A stretch of DNA of 46,266 bases from an uncultured Arthrobacter sp. (GCF_937873245.1 NZ_CALMVY010000114.1), one strand, 5' to 3'; positions 1-10,702 are shown, counted from the first letter of the stretch. The notes: a model not told the origin generated them from the letters alone. Numbers and translations are program-made.

Positions 1-422
1 GGGCGGGCGCGGAACCACATCGGGGATAACAGGGAGGGCGAGTTCTGGATCTGCGCGACCTCCTTGGTGGGACCAGGCCCCAAGCTCGCCGCCCCGAAAC
101 CCCCGACCTCCTGGGAGGACATGGACTGCACCTTCGCGAACAGCTCTGCGCGCAGTTCCCGGCCCAGCTCCATGGCAGCGACGGCGCCCAGGTAGCCGGC
201 GGCGATGGCTGCGACGACCTGCACCAGGGCGATCGCGGCCATCCACGACCCGAGACGCAGGATCGCCGGGACATCGCCGCCCACGATGCCGTCATCGATG
301 ATGGCCGCATTTAGCGTTGGGAGGAGGAGGCTGGCGGTGGTCTGCACCAGCTGCAGGAGAACGATGGCGAGCACAGTCCCTTTGTGGGCGGCCAACAGCC
401 GTCCCATCAGACCAATAAGCAC
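1..422 (-). CDS. ABC transporter fused permease/ATP-binding protein (multidrug exporter type), N-terminal part; runs off the window start
   Basis: Manual translation from GTG at 422 (GGAGG upstream): MLIGLMGRLLAAHKGTVLAIVLLQLVQTTASLLLPTLNAAIIDDGIVAGD...ELGRELRAELFAKVQSMSSQEVGGFGAASL, a typical ABC_membrane N-terminus. Not in the ORF track. Confidence 0.8.
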   Translation of the reverse strand, partial: MLIGLMGRLLAAHKGTVLAIVLLQLVQTTASLLLPTLNAAIIDDGIVGGDVPAILRLGSWMAAIALVQVVAAIAAGYLGAVAAMELGRELRAELFAKVQSMSSQEVGGFGAASLGPGPTKEVAQIQNSPSLLSPMWFRAR

Positions 423-494
423 CGAACCTCCATCGCTAGTTCAGGGCATTGATCCAGCTTCGAGACTGCAGCGGCCCCCACACTGCCCCGTCAT

Positions 495-510
495 TGTAAG
501 CACGATCACA
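495..510. promoter_or_regulatory. CRP/GlxR-like box overlapping a -10 element of the ABC transporter promoter
   Basis: TGTAA-gcacga-TCACA (9/10 to TGTGA-N6-TCACA); minus-strand TACAAT at 498-493 overlaps it. Confidence 0.45.
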
Positions 511-572
511 CAGTGCTCGGTTGTCACACGGCGGCCGGCGCCTGTGACTGGTCCGGAAGCAGCGGGCGCGGA

Positions 573-1352
573 TCATTCCCGCTTGCGGGCGACGGCGAAG
601 ATCCGGCGGAACGGGAACACTGTTCCGTGCAGGCCGGCCGGGTACGCCCCGGCCAGCCGCTCCGAGTATTCGGCTTCGAAATCGCGGGCGTCGTGGGCGG
701 ACAGGGCGGCAAGCACCGGCCGGAGTCCCGTGCCGCGCACCCACTCCAGCACAGGGTTTTCGCCGGGGAGAACCTGGTAGTACGTGGACTCCCATGCGTC
801 CGCGTCGCAGCCGGCGTCGAGCATGATCTTCAGATAGTCGTCCGGTCCGCCCACGACGTCGTCGTGGCGCAGCACGCCGCCAAGCCGGCCCGCCCACTCA
901 GCTGACTCCGCCAGCCCGCGCATCAGCGTGTGCGAGGGTGCGTTGAAATTGCCGGGCACCTGCAGGGCGAACCAGGCACCGGGACTGAGCGCGTCGAGCC
1001 AGCGGGCCAGCAGGTCCCGGTGGCCGGGCACCCATTGCAGGGCGGCGTTGGTGACGACGACGTCGGTCTCACCAGCGGGCATCCAGCCGGCGATATCCGC
1101 CTGGCCGAAGGACAGGTGGGGCAGCCGCCGGGCGTGGACCGACGATTGGGCCAGCATCTCCGCTGACGAGTCCAGGCCGGTGACCTCCGCCGCGGGCCAG
1201 CGCTCGGCCAGGGTAACCGTCAGGTTCCCGGGGCCGCAGCCGAGGTCGACGACGTGCCGGGGAGCGTCCGCATGGATCCGGGCCGTCAGGTCGAAGTACG
1301 GCCGGTCCCGGTAGTCCCGGAACTGCACATACCTGGCGGGATCCCATTTCAC
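573..1352 (-). CDS. tam: trans-aconitate 2-methyltransferase (SAM-dependent)
   Basis: MKWDPARYVQF..RPYFDL, VVDLGCGPGN SAM motif, NAALQWVP, WVRGTGLRP, FPFRRIF; GGAGG RBS. Confidence 0.9.
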   Translation of the reverse strand: MKWDPARYVQFRDYRDRPYFDLTARIHADAPRHVVDLGCGPGNLTVTLAERWPAAEVTGLDSSAEMLAQSSVHARRLPHLSFGQADIAGWMPAGETDVVVTNAALQWVPGHRDLLARWLDALSPGAWFALQVPGNFNAPSHTLMRGLAESAEWAGRLGGVLRHDDVVGGPDDYLKIMLDAGCDADAWESTYYQVLPGENPVLEWVRGTGLRPVLAALSAHDARDFEAEYSERLAGAYPAGLHGTVFPFRRIFAVARKRE

Positions 1353-1497
1353 GGTGTTGCCTCCACTCCCGATTTCCTCCAGTCCCCGTTCCTCCAGTTA
1401 CCGGCAGACGGCGCGACCTGCGAAGCCTATCCCCGGCCGGGGGCGGCGGCCAAGGAGGCGCGCTCCCCTGCCGCGCCGGCCACTAAGCTGGGGAACG

Positions 1498-4044
1498 ATG
1501 AAACTTGCTGATCAGCTCCCCGCCCCGGCCGCCCGAGTCCCCGGCCGGACGGGCCTCGACCCGGACGAGCTCTACACCCGCTTCGTCGAGTGGACGGAAA
1601 CCCGCGGGCTGGCCCTGTACACCGCCCAGGACGAGGCCATCATGGAGCTTGCCTCCGGCGCCAATGTCATCCTGGCCACCCCCACCGGCTCCGGGAAATC
1701 CCTCGTTGCCATCGCCGTCCACTTCCAGGCCATGGCCCGCGGACAGCGCAGTTACTACACCGCACCGATCAAGGCGCTCGTCTCGGAGAAATTCTTCGCC
1801 CTGTGCGAGATCTTCGGCGCCGAGAACGTCGGAATGATCACGGGCGACTCCGGCGTCAACCAGGATGCCCCGATCATCTGCTGCACGGCGGAAATCCTCG
1901 CCAACATCGCCCTCCGCGAGGGCGCCGCCGCCGAGCTGGGCGCCGTCATCATGGACGAGTTCCACTTCTATTCCGACCCGCAGCGCGGCTGGGCCTGGCA
2001 GGTGCCGCTGCTGGAACTGCCCCAGGCGCAGTTCCTGCTGATGTCCGCAACGCTGGGCGATGTCAGCCGCTTCGAAGCCGGCATCACCGGGCTGACCGGG
2101 CGCCCGACGACGACCGTCAGTTCGGTGGAGCGGCCCATCCCGCTGCACTATTACTACGAGCAGACGCCGGTCCACGAGACACTGGAGGAGCTCCTCGCGA
2201 CGAAGCAGGTTCCTGTTTACGTTGTGCACTTCAGCCAGATTGAGGCCATCGACCGGGCCCAGAACCTGATGAGCATCAACGTCTGCACCCGCGAGGAGAA
2301 GGACAAGATCGCGGAGCTGATCGCCGGCTTCCGCTTCGCCGCCGGTTTCGGCAAGACCCTCAACCGGCTGGTCCGGCACGGCATCGGCGTGCACCACGCC
2401 GGCATGCTGCCCAAGTACCGCCGGCTGGTGGAACAGCTCGCCCAGGCCGGGCTGCTGAAGGTCATCTGCGGCACCGACACGCTCGGCGTGGGCATCAACG
2501 TCCCCATCCGCACCGTACTGCTCACCGCCCTGAGCAAGTACGACGGCGTCCGGACCCGGCTGCTGAACTCCCGCGAATTCCACCAGATCGCCGGCCGCGC
2601 CGGACGGGCCGGCTACGATACCGCCGGGACGGTCGTGGTGCAGGCCCCGGAGCATGTTACGGAGAACGTCAAGGCGATGGCCAAGGCCACGGCCAAGTTC
2701 GGCGACGACCAGAAGAAGCTCCGCCAGGTGGTCAAGAAGAAACCGCCGGAGGGCTTCGTGTCCTGGGGCGAGCCGACCTACACACGCCTCGTGGAATCCG
2801 TCCCGGATCCGCTGACGTCAAGCTTCACCGTGACCCACGCGATGCTGATGAACCTGATGGAACGCCCGGGAGACCCGTTTAAGGCCGCCCGCCGCCTGCT
2901 CACCGAGAACCATGAGCCGCGCTCGTCCCAGCTCCAGCTCATGAAGAAGGCCCTCGGGATCTACCGCGAACTGCTGGCCGCCGGCGTCGTCGAGCGGATC
3001 CCGCCTCAGGAGCAGGGCGCGGACGGACGCACGGTCCGGCTGACGGTCCATCTGCAGCCCAACTTCGCCCTGAACCAGCCGCTCTCCCCCTTCGCCCTCG
3101 CGGCGCTGGAGCTGCTGGATCCGGAGTCGCCGTCCTACGCCCTGGACGTCGTATCCGTGATCGAATCGACGCTGGAAAAGCCCCGGCAGATCCTGTCCGC
3201 GCAGCTGAAGAAGGCGCGCGGCGAGGCGGTCGCCGCGATGAAGGCGGACGGCATCGACTACGACCAGCGCATGGCCATGCTGGATGAGGTCACCTACCCG
3301 CAGCCGCTCGCGGAGCTCCTCGGCGAGGCCTTCGAGGTCTACCGCCGGGCCGCGCCGTGGATTGGTGATTTTGAGCTTGCGCCCAAGTCGGTGGTCCGGG
3401 ACATGTACGAGCGCGCCATGAACTTCGGTGAGTTCGTCCAGTTCTACGGACTGGCCCGTTCGGAGGGCATCGTGCTGCGCTATCTCGCCGACGGCTTCAA
3501 GGCGCTGCGGCAGACCGTTCCGCAGGACGCCCTCCGCGAAGACCTGGAGGACCTTATCGCCTGGCTCGGCGAACTGGTCCGCCAGGTCGACTCCAGCCTG
3601 CTTGACGAGTGGGAGGAACTCACCTCCGGCAAGGCGCCGACGCCGCACGACGCGCCTCCGCCCCCGCCGCCGTCGCTGACCTCCAATGTCCGCGCGTTCC
3701 GGGTCATGGTCCGCAACGAAATGTTCCGCCGTGTGGAGCTCTTCGCAGACGAGGACGCCACGGCCCTCGCCGAGCTCGACGCCGGCTCCGGCTGGGACGC
3801 CGAGCGCTGGGAAGACGTGCTGGATGACTACTTCGACGAACACGATGACATCGGCACGGGCCCGGACGCCCGCGGTCCCGGACTGCTGATCATCTCCGAG
3901 GAACCCGGGACGTGGAAGGTCCGGCAGATCTTCGAGGACCCCGCCGGCAACCACGACTGGGGCATCTCGGCCGAGGTGGACCTCGCGGCATCGGACGAGA
4001 CCGGCACCGCCGTCGTGCGCGTGACGGACGTGAACCGGCTCTAG
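1498..4044 (+). CDS. Ski2-like DEAD/DEAH-box helicase with actinobacterial C-terminal domain (DUF3516-like)
   Basis: ATPTGSGKS Walker A, APIKALVSEK, MDEFH, MSAT, HHAGMLP, QIAGRAGR; start moved to ATG 1498 (TAAGCT -10 upstream). Confidence 0.9.
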   Translation: MKLADQLPAPAARVPGRTGLDPDELYTRFVEWTETRGLALYTAQDEAIMELASGANVILATPTGSGKSLVAIAVHFQAMARGQRSYYTAPIKALVSEKFFALCEIFGAENVGMITGDSGVNQDAPIICCTAEILANIALREGAAAELGAVIMDEFHFYSDPQRGWAWQVPLLELPQAQFLLMSATLGDVSRFEAGITGLTGRPTTTVSSVERPIPLHYYYEQTPVHETLEELLATKQVPVYVVHFSQIEAIDRAQNLMSINVCTREEKDKIAELIAGFRFAAGFGKTLNRLVRHGIGVHHAGMLPKYRRLVEQLAQAGLLKVICGTDTLGVGINVPIRTVLLTALSKYDGVRTRLLNSREFHQIAGRAGRAGYDTAGTVVVQAPEHVTENVKAMAKATAKFGDDQKKLRQVVKKKPPEGFVSWGEPTYTRLVESVPDPLTSSFTVTHAMLMNLMERPGDPFKAARRLLTENHEPRSSQLQLMKKALGIYRELLAAGVVERIPPQEQGADGRTVRLTVHLQPNFALNQPLSPFALAALELLDPESPSYALDVVSVIESTLEKPRQILSAQLKKARGEAVAAMKADGIDYDQRMAMLDEVTYPQPLAELLGEAFEVYRRAAPWIGDFELAPKSVVRDMYERAMNFGEFVQFYGLARSEGIVLRYLADGFKALRQTVPQDALREDLEDLIAWLGELVRQVDSSLLDEWEELTSGKAPTPHDAPPPPPPSLTSNVRAFRVMVRNEMFRRVELFADEDATALAELDAGSGWDAERWEDVLDDYFDEHDDIGTGPDARGPGLLIISEEPGTWKVRQIFEDPAGNHDWGISAEVDLAASDETGTAVVRVTDVNRL

Positions 4045-4110
4045 GCTGGCCGGCAACCGGCGGCTGCGGGCCGGGCCCTTTTCGCCCCGGACAACTTGTA
4101 AACTCGGATA

Positions 4111-4608
4111 ATGAGTGTAATCCGGCCCGCGACGGCGAACGATGTCCCCGCAATCCTGCAGATGATCCATGACCTGGCCATCTACGAGAAGGAGCCGGAC
4201 GCCGTCCGGAACACCCCGGAGATGCTGAGCGAGGTCCTGTTCGGCGAGAACCCCCGGGTGTTCGCGGCCATGGCCGAGAACGAGGCGGGCGACGTCCGGG
4301 GCTTCGCCCTCTGGTTCCTGAACTACTCCACGTGGGAAGGCGTGCACGGCATCTACCTGGAGGACCTTTACGTGCGGCCCGAGGCCCGCGGCGAAGGCCA
4401 CGGCAAAGCACTCCTGCAGTACCTGGCCGAGACCGCCGTGGAACGCGGCTACGCGCGCGTCGAATGGAGCGTTCTGGACTGGAACGAGCCTTCCATCAAT
4501 TTCTACAAGAAACTTGGCGCCAACCCGATGGAGGAATGGTCCACGTTCCGCCTCACCGGCGAGGCACTGGAAGCCTTCGGCGCCCGCAGGGCCGAAGCCC
4601 GTGGCTGA
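4111..4608 (+). CDS. GNAT N-acetyltransferase (spermidine/spermine acetyltransferase-like)
   Basis: NYSTWEG..IYLEDLYVRPEARGEGHGKALL, VLDWNEPSINFYKKLGA; leaderless (TAAACT-6 nt-ATG). Confidence 0.9.
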   Translation: MSVIRPATANDVPAILQMIHDLAIYEKEPDAVRNTPEMLSEVLFGENPRVFAAMAENEAGDVRGFALWFLNYSTWEGVHGIYLEDLYVRPEARGEGHGKALLQYLAETAVERGYARVEWSVLDWNEPSINFYKKLGANPMEEWSTFRLTGEALEAFGARRAEARG

Positions 4609-6004
4609 CCGGTCTGGTCCCCGGCCCGTGGCCGACTTGGCCATGACCGGGTCAGGGGCCGCGGACCTGCTCGAGGCGGCGCGGCCGCCGGTTCCCCACA
4701 CCATCAAGGCACGGCACAAATACCGGGGGATGCGCACCGCGGAGCACTTCTTCGAGGTGCCGCTGGACCATTTCGGCAGTGGCACGCCGGCCGGGGAGTC
4801 CATCACCGTCTTCGCCCGCGAGTACGTCTCCACGGACCACAGCGAAGAAGAGGCCGCCCAGCTGCCGTGGCTGCTCTACCTCCAAGGCGGACCCGGCGGC
4901 CGCGGCAACCGGCTCCCGTCCCTTGGCGGCTGGAGCAAGGCCGCCGCCAAGGACTTCCGCATCCTCATGCTGGACCAGCGGGGCACCGGGCTGTCCTCCG
5001 CGGTCGACCGCAACACGCTGCCGCTGCGCGGGAACGACGCCGACCAGGCGGGCTACCTGGCGCACTTCCGGGCGGACTCGATCGTCGCCGACGCGGAGGC
5101 CATCCGGTTGGCCCTCGGGTCTGCCCCGTGGACCATCTACGGCCAGAGCTACGGCGGCTTCTGCGCCCTCAGCTACCTCTCCTTCGCCCCGGAAGGCCTT
5201 CGCGAAGCCCTGATCACGGGCGGACTCGCCCCCTTGGCGGGGCCGGCGGACCGGGTCTACCGGGCAACTTTCCAGCGCGTGGCGGCCCGCAACGCCGAGT
5301 ACTTCGGACGGTATCCCGAGGACCGCGCCGCGGTCACGCGGATCGCCCGGCACCTTCGCGACACGGAGGAATCCCTGCCCGACGGCGAACGCCTCACCGT
5401 GGAGCGCTTCCAGATGGTGGGTTCCTTCCTGGGCGGCAACACCCGGGTGGATGCGCTGCACCACCTGCTGGAGGATGCCTTCGTCGGCACGCCCGGCGGC
5501 GACCGCCTCTCGGACGCCTTCCTCGACCAGGTCCACGGACTCGTGTCCCGTTCGGCCAATCCGCTGTACGCGCTGATGCACGAATCCATCTACGGCCAGG
5601 GCGAGTCCACCGACTGGGCCGCCTGGCGGGTCCTGCAGGACTTCCCCGAGTTCTCCCCGGAGGCCCCCGAGCCGCTGCTCACCGGCGAGATGGTCTACCC
5701 CTGGTACTTCGAGCAGGATCCCGCGCTCCGGCCGCTGCGGAACGTCGCGGGGCTTCTGGCCGAGAAGGACGACTGGCCGCAGCTGTACGATCCGGAACAG
5801 CTCGCGCTCAACACCGTTCCGGTGGCCGCGGCGGTGTACAGCGATGACATCTACGTGGACCGTGACCTCTCGCTGGAGACGGCCGCTGCCGTCCGCGGCC
5901 TGCAGGTCTGGGAGTCGGCGGACTTCCACCATGACGGCATCGCGGACGACGGCGAGGGCATCTTCGCCCGGCTGCTTGGCTTGACCCGGTCCGTCCGGGC
6001 CTGA
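4601..6004 (+). CDS. alpha/beta hydrolase, proline iminopeptidase (peptidase S33)
   Basis: YLQGGPG, DQRGTGLS, GQSYGG nucleophile elbow, DDIYV, HHDG. Start uncertain (GTG 4601 overlapping the GNAT stop, or ATG 4643). Confidence 0.85.
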   Translation: MADRSGPRPVADLAMTGSGAADLLEAARPPVPHTIKARHKYRGMRTAEHFFEVPLDHFGSGTPAGESITVFAREYVSTDHSEEEAAQLPWLLYLQGGPGGRGNRLPSLGGWSKAAAKDFRILMLDQRGTGLSSAVDRNTLPLRGNDADQAGYLAHFRADSIVADAEAIRLALGSAPWTIYGQSYGGFCALSYLSFAPEGLREALITGGLAPLAGPADRVYRATFQRVAARNAEYFGRYPEDRAAVTRIARHLRDTEESLPDGERLTVERFQMVGSFLGGNTRVDALHHLLEDAFVGTPGGDRLSDAFLDQVHGLVSRSANPLYALMHESIYGQGESTDWAAWRVLQDFPEFSPEAPEPLLTGEMVYPWYFEQDPALRPLRNVAGLLAEKDDWPQLYDPEQLALNTVPVAAAVYSDDIYVDRDLSLETAAAVRGLQVWESADFHHDGIADDGEGIFARLLGLTRSVRA

Positions 6005-6020
6005 TCCGGCACTCCGGCCG

Positions 6021-7388
6021 TTAGGTCGTGTGGAGCCGGCGGCCCTGGGCGGCAGCGCGCAGGGCCGCCGCCACCATGGCCGCGGCGACGGCGGCGGCCG
6101 CCATATTGAGACCCTGATAGCCGACGCCGCTCATCACCAGCCCGGAGAACCCGGCGCCGACCGCGCCGGCGACCCCCATCATGGTGTCCGAGACACCCTG
6201 GACCAGGACGCGGTCATCCGCGCCGACACTCTCGGCGAGCAGGGTGGAACCGGCGATGGTGGCCGCGGACCAGCCCAGTCCGAGCAACACGAGTCCGACC
6301 GTCACCAGGGCCGGCTCGGCCTGGCCGAAGCCGGCCACCAGGACGGACAGCAGGATCAGGCCGTGGCCCAGCAGGATGACCGGAAGCCGGCCCGTCTTGT
6401 CCGTCAGCCAGCCCATGACCGGCGAGAGCGCGTACATCCCGGCGATGTGCAGCGAGATGGTGAATCCGATCAGGACCAGGACGTCGGTGCTGGCGGCGTG
6501 GGCGTGTCCGGCCGGCATGCCGGCCAGTGGGCCCTCGGTCAGCAGTTGCAGGTGCAGGGGCGTCATCGACATCACGGCCGCCATGCAGCCATGTGCGGTG
6601 ATCACGGCGAGGAGAGCCAGCCGTGCCCGCGGCGACGCCCGGATGGCGCGCATGCCGTGACGGAGGCCGTGCCGCCGCCGGGCTCCGGTGGTGCCTTTGG
6701 CGGCGACGGCTCCGGCGGCGGTTTGTTGCCCGCCGGAACGGAGCCGTGCGGCGAGCAACAGCGGATCCGGCCGCAGCCCGATCATCAGCAGCACTGCGGC
6801 CAGTGCCAGCCCGGCCGTCGAGAACACAAAGGGACCGGCCAGTGCCGGGAGTCCGAGCGCTTCGCCGACCAGGGCGCCGGGACGGATCAGGTTGGGGCCG
6901 GCGACGGCGCCGACGGTCACCGCCCACACCACGATTGCCAGGGAACGGCCGCGGTGTTCAGGATCGGCGAGGTCGACGGCGGCGAACCGGGCCTGCAGGT
7001 TGGCGGCCGTACCGAGCCCCAGAAGGGCCGCGGCCAGCAGCAGCACCGGGAAATTGCCGGTCACCGTGGACACGATCACCAGCAGGGCCCCGGCCATGGC
7101 GGCGAGCAGACCCGTAACGAGGGCGGTGCGCCGGCCGCGACGTCCGGCCAGTCCCGCGAGGGGCAGGGCGGCCGCCGCGGCACCGAGCGTCATGGTGGTG
7201 GTGACCGAACCCGCCCAGGCGTTGGAGCCGGAAAGCTGGACGGCCAGCAGTGATCCGATGGACAGGCTGGCGCCGTTGCCTATTCCGCTGAGCAGCTGCG
7301 CGGAGCTCAGCACCCAAACGGTACGGCGCTGGACCCGTTGCGGGTCCAGCGCCGTACCGTTCGCTGCTGTTGTGTCAAAAATTTTCAC
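6021..7388 (-). CDS. MFS transporter
   Basis: ~12 hydrophobic segments, motif A-like GRRGRR and GWLTDKTGR; leaderless (TAAGCT-6 nt-GTG). Confidence 0.9.
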   Translation of the reverse strand: MKIFDTTAANGTALDPQRVQRRTVWVLSSAQLLSGIGNGASLSIGSLLAVQLSGSNAWAGSVTTTMTLGAAAAALPLAGLAGRRGRRTALVTGLLAAMAGALLVIVSTVTGNFPVLLLAAALLGLGTAANLQARFAAVDLADPEHRGRSLAIVVWAVTVGAVAGPNLIRPGALVGEALGLPALAGPFVFSTAGLALAAVLLMIGLRPDPLLLAARLRSGGQQTAAGAVAAKGTTGARRRHGLRHGMRAIRASPRARLALLAVITAHGCMAAVMSMTPLHLQLLTEGPLAGMPAGHAHAASTDVLVLIGFTISLHIAGMYALSPVMGWLTDKTGRLPVILLGHGLILLSVLVAGFGQAEPALVTVGLVLLGLGWSAATIAGSTLLAESVGADDRVLVQGVSDTMMGVAGAVGAGFSGLVMSGVGYQGLNMAAAAVAAAMVAAALRAAAQGRRLHTT

Positions 7389-7414
7389 GGTCCGAGCTTA
7401 GCCGAACCGTGCGG

Positions 7415-8443
7415 CTACTCCGCGTCGGTCAGGCTCTTGCGGGAGTCCTCGTCGAGCCGGGCGTCGATCTTCGTCTGCGTGGCCTTGGAGCTGACCAGGC
7501 TGGCGATCACGGCGATGACGATGGTGCCAATGATCACCCCGAGGGAGACGAAGGTGGGGATCTCGGGGGCCCATTCGATGTTCTGGCCGCCGTTGATGAA
7601 GGGCAGCTCGTTGACGTGCATCGCGTGCAGGACCAGCTTCACGCCGATGAACGCGAGGATCACCGAGAGTGCGTGCTTGAGGTAGATCAGGCGGGTCATG
7701 AGGCCGCCGAGGAGGAAGTACAGCTGCCGCAGGCCCATCAGGGCGAAAATGTTGGCGGTGAAGACGATGAACGCGCTCTGGGTGAGGCCGAAGATGGCCG
7801 GGATGGAGTCCACCGCGAAGAGCAGGTCTGTCAGGCCGATGGTCACGAAGACGATCAGCATGGGGGTGAAGACCTTCTTGCCGTCCACCACAGTGCGGAG
7901 CTTGCCGCCGTCGTACTTCTCCGACATGGGCAGGACCTTGCGGATCCGGGCAATAAGCGGGTTTTCCTTGTCCTCTTCGTCATGGCCGTCGTCCTGGGCC
8001 TGCTTCCACGCGGTCCACAGCAGGAAGGCGCCGAAGATGTAGAACACCCAGCTGAACTGTTCGATCACCAGAGCGCCGAGCAGGATGAAGATGCCGCGGA
8101 GAACCAGGGCGATGATGATGCCCACCATCAGCACTTCCTGCTGGTACTTACGCGGTACCGAGAAGCGGGCCATGATGATGATGAAGACAAAGAGGTTGTC
8201 AATGCTGAGGCTGTACTCCGTCACCCAGCCGGCAATGAACTGCCCGCCGTACTCGGGGCCGGTGAAGGCAAACATGGCCCCGGCGAACACCAGGGCGAGG
8301 GCAATGTAGAAAGAAACCCACAGCCCGGCCTCCTTCATGGAGGGTTCGTGCGGGCGCTTGAGGACCAGCAGCAGGTCAATGGCGAGGATGATGCCGAGGA
8401 CGACAAAGGAGCCGACCTCAAACCAGACGGGAAGTTCGGGCAC
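7415..8443 (-). CDS. TerC/Alx family metal-homeostasis membrane protein
   Basis: EYSLSIDNLFVF and DLLFAVDSIPAIFG, F..NIFALMGLRQLYF TerC motifs. Confidence 0.92.
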   Translation of the reverse strand: MPELPVWFEVGSFVVLGIILAIDLLLVLKRPHEPSMKEAGLWVSFYIALALVFAGAMFAFTGPEYGGQFIAGWVTEYSLSIDNLFVFIIIMARFSVPRKYQQEVLMVGIIIALVLRGIFILLGALVIEQFSWVFYIFGAFLLWTAWKQAQDDGHDEEDKENPLIARIRKVLPMSEKYDGGKLRTVVDGKKVFTPMLIVFVTIGLTDLLFAVDSIPAIFGLTQSAFIVFTANIFALMGLRQLYFLLGGLMTRLIYLKHALSVILAFIGVKLVLHAMHVNELPFINGGQNIEWAPEIPTFVSLGVIIGTIVIAVIASLVSSKATQTKIDARLDEDSRKSLTDAE

Positions 8444-8476
8444 GAAGATACCTTTCGCAGGGTGTGACGGTGCGGT

Positions 8477-8603
8477 GTAAGTCTCTCCGGCTGGCCTGCA
8501 CGTCCGGTACTGCGTACCTGGAACTGTCTGGCTGCCCGCTACGCCCGGCAGGGCATCTGTGCCGTGCGTGTTGACGATCGTAGCGCTTGGGATACTCCCC
8601 TAC
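8477..8603 (-). ncRNA. yybP-ykoY (Mn2+-sensing) riboswitch upstream of terC/alx
   Basis: Minus strand GUAGGGGAGUA...CGUCAACAC...GAGACUUAC with GUAGG/CUUAC P1 pairing; TATTGT -10 just after the uvrB stop; the classic yybP-ykoY/TerC pairing. Confidence 0.85.
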
Positions 8604-8620
8604 GTCTGCCCAACAATACC

Positions 8621-10702
8621 CTAGGCGTGCCCGGCGGACTGCATCTGGCGCAGCTCCTTCTTGAGCTCCCCCACCTCGTCACGAAGCCGTGCGGCGAGTT
8701 CAAACTGGAGCTCCCCGGCGGCGGCATGCATCTGTTCCGTGAGCTGTTCGATCAGGCCCACCAGGTCCTCGGCCGGCGCGGCTGCCAGGCCGTCGGCCCG
8801 GACCTTCGCCGTGCCCTTGCCCTTGCCGCGGGCCTTGCCGGCGCTGGCCAGGAGCTCGCGGGTGTCGGCGTCCTCCTTGGCGATCTGGTCCGTGATGTCG
8901 GCGATCTTCTTCCGCAGGGGCTGCGGATCGATGCCCTTTTCCGTGTTGTAGGCCACCTGGATGGCACGGCGCCGGTTCGTTTCGTCGATGGCGTGCGCCA
9001 TCGAGTCGGTGATCTTGTCCGCATACATGTGAACCTGGCCGGAGACGTTGCGGGCGGCACGTCCGATGGTCTGGATCAGCGACGTGGAGGAGCGCAGGAA
9101 GCCTTCCTTGTCAGCGTCCAGGATGCTGACCAGCGACACTTCCGGAAGGTCCAGGCCCTCCCGGAGCAGGTTGATGCCGACCAGGACGTCGAAGACCCCC
9201 ATCCGCAGTTCGCGGAGCAGCTCCACGCGGCGCAGCGTGTCGACGTCGGAGTGCAGGTACTCGACCTTCACGCCGTGGCCCAGCAGGTAGTCGGTGAGGT
9301 CCTCGGCCATCCGCTTGGTCAGCGTGGTGACCAGGACGCGTTCGTTCTTCGCGGTGCGGGTCCGGATTTCGCCGAGCAGGTCGTCGATCTGGCCCTTGGT
9401 GGGCTTGACGACCACTTCGGGGTCGATCAGGCCGGTGGGCCGGATGATCTGCTGGACAAAGCCGTCCGCCTTGCCGAGCTCGTACTTGCCCGGGGTCGCG
9501 GAGAGGTACACGGTCTGGCCCACGCGGTCCTGGAACTCGTCCCACTTGAGCGGGCGGTTGTCCATGGCGGAGGGCAGCCGGAAGCCGTGGTCCACGAGGT
9601 TGCGCTTGCGGGACATGTCGCCCTCGTACATGGCGCCGATCTGCGGCACGGTGACGTGGGATTCATCGATCACCAGGAGGAAGTCGTCCGGGAAGTAATC
9701 AAGCAGGCAGTGCGGCGCGGTCCCGCGGGCTCGCCCGTCGATGTGCGAGGAATAGTTCTCGATGCCGTTGCAGAACCCCATCTGCTGCATCATCTCGAGG
9801 TCGTAGGTGGTGCGCATCCGGAGCCGCTGCGCCTCCACCAGCTTGTTCTGGCTTTCCAGGACCTGGAGGCGTTCGGCGAGCTCGTCCTCGATCCGCTTGA
9901 TCGCCCGGCCCATACGTTCGGGCCCGGCCACATAATGGGAGGCCGGGAAGACGTACATTTCGGTCTCGTCCCGGATCACCTCGCCGGTCAGCGGATGCAG
10001 CGTGTAGATGTTCTCGATCTCGTCGCCGAAGAACTCGACCCGGATCGCCAGCTCCTCGTACATGGGGATGATTTCCACCGTGTCCCCGCGGACCCGGAAC
10101 GTGCCGCGGTGGAAGTCCATGTCGTTGCGGGCGTACTGCATGGAGACGAACTTCCGGAGCAGGTCGTCCCGGTTCATCTCGGCGCCCTTGCGGAGCGTCA
10201 CCATGCCGGCGATGTACTCCTCCGGGGTGCCGAGGCCGTAGATGCAGGACACCGTTGCCACCACGATCACGTCCCGGCGGGTCAGCAGCGCGTTCGTGGC
10301 CGAGTGCCGGAGCCGCTCGACTTCCTCGTTGACGGAGGAGTCCTTCTCGATGAAGGTGTCCGTCTGCGCCACGTAGGCCTCGGGCTGGTAGTAGTCGTAG
10401 TAGGAGACGAAGTACTCCACGGCGTTGTTCGGGAGCAGTTCACGGAATTCGTTGGCGAGCTGCGCGGCGAGGGTCTTGTTCTGCACCATCACGAGCGTGG
10501 GCCGCTGGACCTGCTCAATCAGCCATGCCGTCGTCGCGCTCTTGCCGGTACCGGTGGCGCCGAGCAGCACCACGTCCTTTTCGCCGTTTTTGATGCGTTC
10601 GGTCAGTTCGGCGATCGCGGCCGGCTGGTCACCCGCCGGCTTGAACTCGCTGATGACCTCGAAGGGCGCCACGACACGGTTGATCTGCTGCGCAAGACTC
10701 AT
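8621..10702 (-). CDS. uvrB: excinuclease ABC subunit B
   Basis: [50 protein letters not shown]-terminal UVR domain. Confidence 0.98.
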   Translation of the reverse strand: MSLAQQINRVVAPFEVISEFKPAGDQPAAIAELTERIKNGEKDVVLLGATGTGKSATTAWLIEQVQRPTLVMVQNKTLAAQLANEFRELLPNNAVEYFVSYYDYYQPEAYVAQTDTFIEKDSSVNEEVERLRHSATNALLTRRDVIVVATVSCIYGLGTPEEYIAGMVTLRKGAEMNRDDLLRKFVSMQYARNDMDFHRGTFRVRGDTVEIIPMYEELAIRVEFFGDEIENIYTLHPLTGEVIRDETEMYVFPASHYVAGPERMGRAIKRIEDELAERLQVLESQNKLVEAQRLRMRTTYDLEMMQQMGFCNGIENYSSHIDGRARGTAPHCLLDYFPDDFLLVIDESHVTVPQIGAMYEGDMSRKRNLVDHGFRLPSAMDNRPLKWDEFQDRVGQTVYLSATPGKYELGKADGFVQQIIRPTGLIDPEVVVKPTKGQIDDLLGEIRTRTAKNERVLVTTLTKRMAEDLTDYLLGHGVKVEYLHSDVDTLRRVELLRELRMGVFDVLVGINLLREGLDLPEVSLVSILDADKEGFLRSSTSLIQTIGRAARNVSGQVHMYADKITDSMAHAIDETNRRRAIQVAYNTEKGIDPQPLRKKIADITDQIAKEDADTRELLASAGKARGKGKGTAKVRADGLAAAPAEDLVGLIEQLTEQMHAAAGELQFELAARLRDEVGELKKELRQMQSAGHA

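Noticed and set aside
1498..4044. Anti-phage defence helicase
   Set aside because: Common actinobacterial Ski2-like helicase among housekeeping genes; no partner nuclease or defence context
7415..8443. Tellurite-resistance (ter) operon
   Set aside because: Lone TerC with a Mn riboswitch, i.e. Alx type; no other ter genes
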